A stretch of DNA of 63,999 bases, the filler included, from Sphacelaria rigidula (lineage: Eukaryota): NCBI GenBank assembly GCA_964200075.2. It is 3 parts of 3 records of this genome, joined end to end, with 100 filler letters (N's around TTAATTAATTAA, not from the genome) between each part and the next. Parts side by side here need not be neighbours in the genome. Positions count along the whole stretch, not along the records: positions 42,828 to 63,999 come from CAXNAA020000458.1; 2 more parts are not named here. One strand, 5' to 3'. Below the pieces are notes generated by a model. The model saw nothing but the letters and a program-made list of their open reading frames with translations. It had not been told where the DNA came from and did no database searches. Numbering within the stretch: the first letter of the stretch is position 1; each line of letters starts with the position of its first letter. The position numbers and the translations under genes are program-made. Below are positions 61,201 through 63,999 of this stretch, piece by piece.

Positions 61201-62660
61201 TGTATCATTCGTTTACCTCCTTCGCCCCTTTCCCCCCTCCCCCCCCCTATGTAGCGCGGCTGCCCTCATAGGTCATCATCCTCGTTTCGACTGTAAATCG
61301 TTTCTCACGTATTCTTGGCGATGGCACTCGCCACGGCCTCTATTCCCGCGGAACCGAGCCAGTTTCCAGACACATCGAGGTGTAAAAGAGTTTCGTTCGA
61401 CATGAGCATTCCCGCCAGCGCTTTCCCGCCCGGTGCTCTCATGTTGTTAGCCGGGAGCATGAGTCTGTCAGGGGACGAATGCGATCGACATGGGAACAAT
61501 TCAAAACTATAAGTTGCTTTATCGGCCACTGCACAGTATGCGTATGGGATGGTTCGAGGGTAGGTGTTACGAACGATATAACATACATATCACGCCTTGC
61601 TTTGTAGTATGGGCAGTAGCGGCGACAAGCGGCGTCCTCCACTATCTGATGGCCAACGGCGTTTTCTAACAGCGCAGAGAGTCTAGAATCTGACCCAATT
61701 CCCGCCGTATATTGTCGAGAGAGGACAGTGTTGCTGTCCTCCTTTCCATGTACTAGAAAGCAAGCGGATAATACAAGCGTGGAGGGTGCTGAACAAAGCT
61801 GCCAGCTTTCGAGTGATTCAACAGAGCTGACCTGCAGCTTAGGGTGAGGTACAATAGCAGCGGGCATTCATTCATCTCAGGTTCCCCTAGACTCCACCCT
61901 TTTCCCTGGCCACGCTTCGACGAATCTGGTCACTTTAACATGTTGGTTTGGCCATCGGTTCACTATTTCGTGCCCACCACCGATGTGCCGACCCGGGCAG
62001 CAAAAATGATCGATCGCGTCACAATGACGGTTACCGCGTGGTTGTTGTTGGGACACGTGATCGAGGGTGATTGTTGCCCCCCTTGGACACGTTATCGGAA
62101 CGCCGGCAGAGAAATTTTGCGTACGCACGATCATGCTCACAGATAATTCTTCAACCTTGCGAAACCACACCCTTTATGGTTTACGTCACCTGCCCCCACC
62201 CGCACACAACAAAACTTGTGCCCAACACACACCTACCTGCACCGTGAAAACACACGTGCGTATGGCAGACCAGTGACAGAAGGGCACTGGCAAATCGCGT
62301 CGGTACGCCACGAAACAACTGAGGCGCGGTTGTTTTTAACGGAAATGAGTTGTGTGCATGATGAAGAAAGGGTATAGTCGTTTATACTGAAACCCGGGCA
62401 TGTGGAAACGTGAACTCTGCCTCATGATGAGGCATAATTAAGCACACCTTTGCATTCTCTCTGCACGTAGGGCACATTAATACAAACCTGCCTTCTGAGA
62501 GCTCGATTCTCGGCCAGAGCGCGCGTCAGCGCTGATACCCCTTCGTTCCCTATGGCATTTTGCCCGAGCCACAGTGTTTCCAGATGCATAGCGCCTCCCA
62601 GCACATTTGCTATCTGCTTTGCGCCGGTGTCGCCGAGTTCACATGTGCCGAGGTGAAGAC
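58293..62660 (-). CDS. RI-like/NLRC3-type leucine-rich repeat protein, 3' part
   Basis: Exons 62660-62492, 61464-61309, 59932-59737, 59508-59422, 59031-58939 and 58532-58293. They encode 28-aa LRRs (LETLWLGQNAIGNEGVSALTRAL, LLHLDVSGNWLGSAGIEAVASAI). Phases are consistent if the first donor is GC. Confidence 0.85.
60388..60650. mobile_element. Small intronic MITE
   Basis: cacggtgtgaagctacggaaggggtgcac vs gtgcacccctaccgtggcattactccacg (imperfect TIR), with an internal direct repeat tagaatcgtt.ggagccc. Confidence 0.55.
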
Positions 62661-63999
62661 CTATGATGTGTTAACAGGGAGAATTGATCAATAGATTTAG
62701 TGATTGATTATCGCACATGAACCAATACGCCGTACGAGTTGTGAAGTCAGCCGTCGTTACAACATGGACGTGTCAGACGTGTCTAAGATAAATTAGCAGA
62801 GACGGTCGCTGAGGGAAACTCGAGTAGAGCAGAATAGAGTAGATAAGGAATAACGAACGAAAACATACATATATATATATACATATACAAGATTCCCCTT
62901 CGGGAGATTGGTACGGGCCTCCCGGGGGTGACGCAAGTAGAAAATATCTGGATAAGAGATGCTGTTGTATCTCAATGTACAGTAGTGATCGTGGCTGTAC
63001 AAAACATCGCATGTGTCATCGGATGTCGTTCGTAAATATGGGAATTCGGACGGAGGCCGACGGCGGAATCGCCGGCGTAGGACGTGTGCGGGATTCGCGA
63101 GGTGCCGGAGTGCGAAGTAGCTCCCGTGCCACAAAGACACGACAGCGCGAGATACTTCCCGAAATTTTGGAATGCGTGGAACATTCTTGGCAGGTTCTTT
63201 GTTGATCACTTCGGCTTCCACATCAACGGACCTTTTTTCAAAACAGGGTAATTGTGTTTTGCGCAGATCATTCCTGTGCTGCCGTGCTGCCGTGCCTTAT
63301 TCAAAGTCGCCAACGGCCCATTGCACGGTCTTGTGTTTGCTCTTGACTAAGGCCAAGGCAGTGTTCAATTGTTTTCAACTGCTTTGCCCTCATGTTCTCG
63401 TGACCTTGACGGCATAACCGGTATGTTCGTGCTCCCAAATGAACGAGAACGCGACAAAGAGAAACGCGGGGGGAAAACACCCCGCCAAAAGTAATCCTGT
63501 TTGAAGTTTTCCATGATCCCCAACAGACCCTTGTGGTTCGGGTTTCTGTTTCAAGTTCTCCATGATATTTAAAAGGCTTTTGCGGTTCGGGATCGACACC
63601 CCGCGAAAAAGGGCCGATTTGAGCGACTTTCGGTGGCCAGAACACGCGCCACAGGTATCAGATGACGCCCCAACCCGAACGGTATTGTACCGCTGAGCCT
63701 TCTGAGTGCGCTGCAAAAGGAGGCGCATGAAAAATGCCTTGTCGCCAGAGAAAACTCGGCAAGAGTGGTGAAAAATATTAGATAATTTGAGTTGTGACCT
63801 GGTTCGGCTAATCAGTTACCTGGTTGCAGAAAATTATGATCAGTTACAGTTACCACTTGAAACTGGATAACTAGCGGCGGAGTCGCCTGAATGCCCCCCC
63901 CCCCCCCCCGCCGGGGGGGGGGGCCCCCCGGGGGGGCCCCCCGGGGCCAAAAAAATACGCCAATTTGGTTTAAAATTCCTCAAAAACCCGGGAAAATCT

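Noticed and set aside
63890-63999. G/C homopolymer palindrome or G-quadruplex
   Set aside because: Inflated homopolymers look like low-quality read or contig-end sequence.

Overview
This is eukaryotic, intron-rich, repeat-dense genomic DNA. Short GT-AG exons, 0.2-3.5 kb introns full of non-autonomous elements and the repeat style suggest a brown alga/stramenopile (inference). It is three contigs joined by two artificial 100-nt spacers (N44-TTAATTAATTAA-N44). Most of the ORF track is noise or antisense shadow. Five spliced genes can be rebuilt with consistent intron phases: (1) a NOPCHAP1/C12orf45-like gene (+, ~7.6-11.7 kb); (2) an 11+-exon minus-strand gene (~21.6-30.2 kb, ~1350 aa, mostly low-complexity) ending in a segment resembling the SPIDR DUF4502 OB-fold; (3) a partial SMYD-like SET gene (+, 38.7-41.3 kb); (4) a large 53BP1/Crb2/Rad9-type tandem-BRCT protein (+, 47.6-53.6 kb) with SQ/TQ motifs, two MBD-like W..GW modules, a four-copy ~92-aa repeat and a C-terminal BAH-like domain but no recognisable Tudor; (5) a minus-strand RI-like LRR gene (58.3-62.7 kb) with a probable GC-AG intron. 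Intergenic and intronic DNA holds Tc1/mariner-type and hAT-type MITEs with TSDs, foldback elements, a tRNA-headed SINE family with a conserved GNRA hairpin tail, and relics of a LINE RT, MULE SWIM fingers and possibly a tyrosine recombinase. All family assignments come from motif recall, not database searches.
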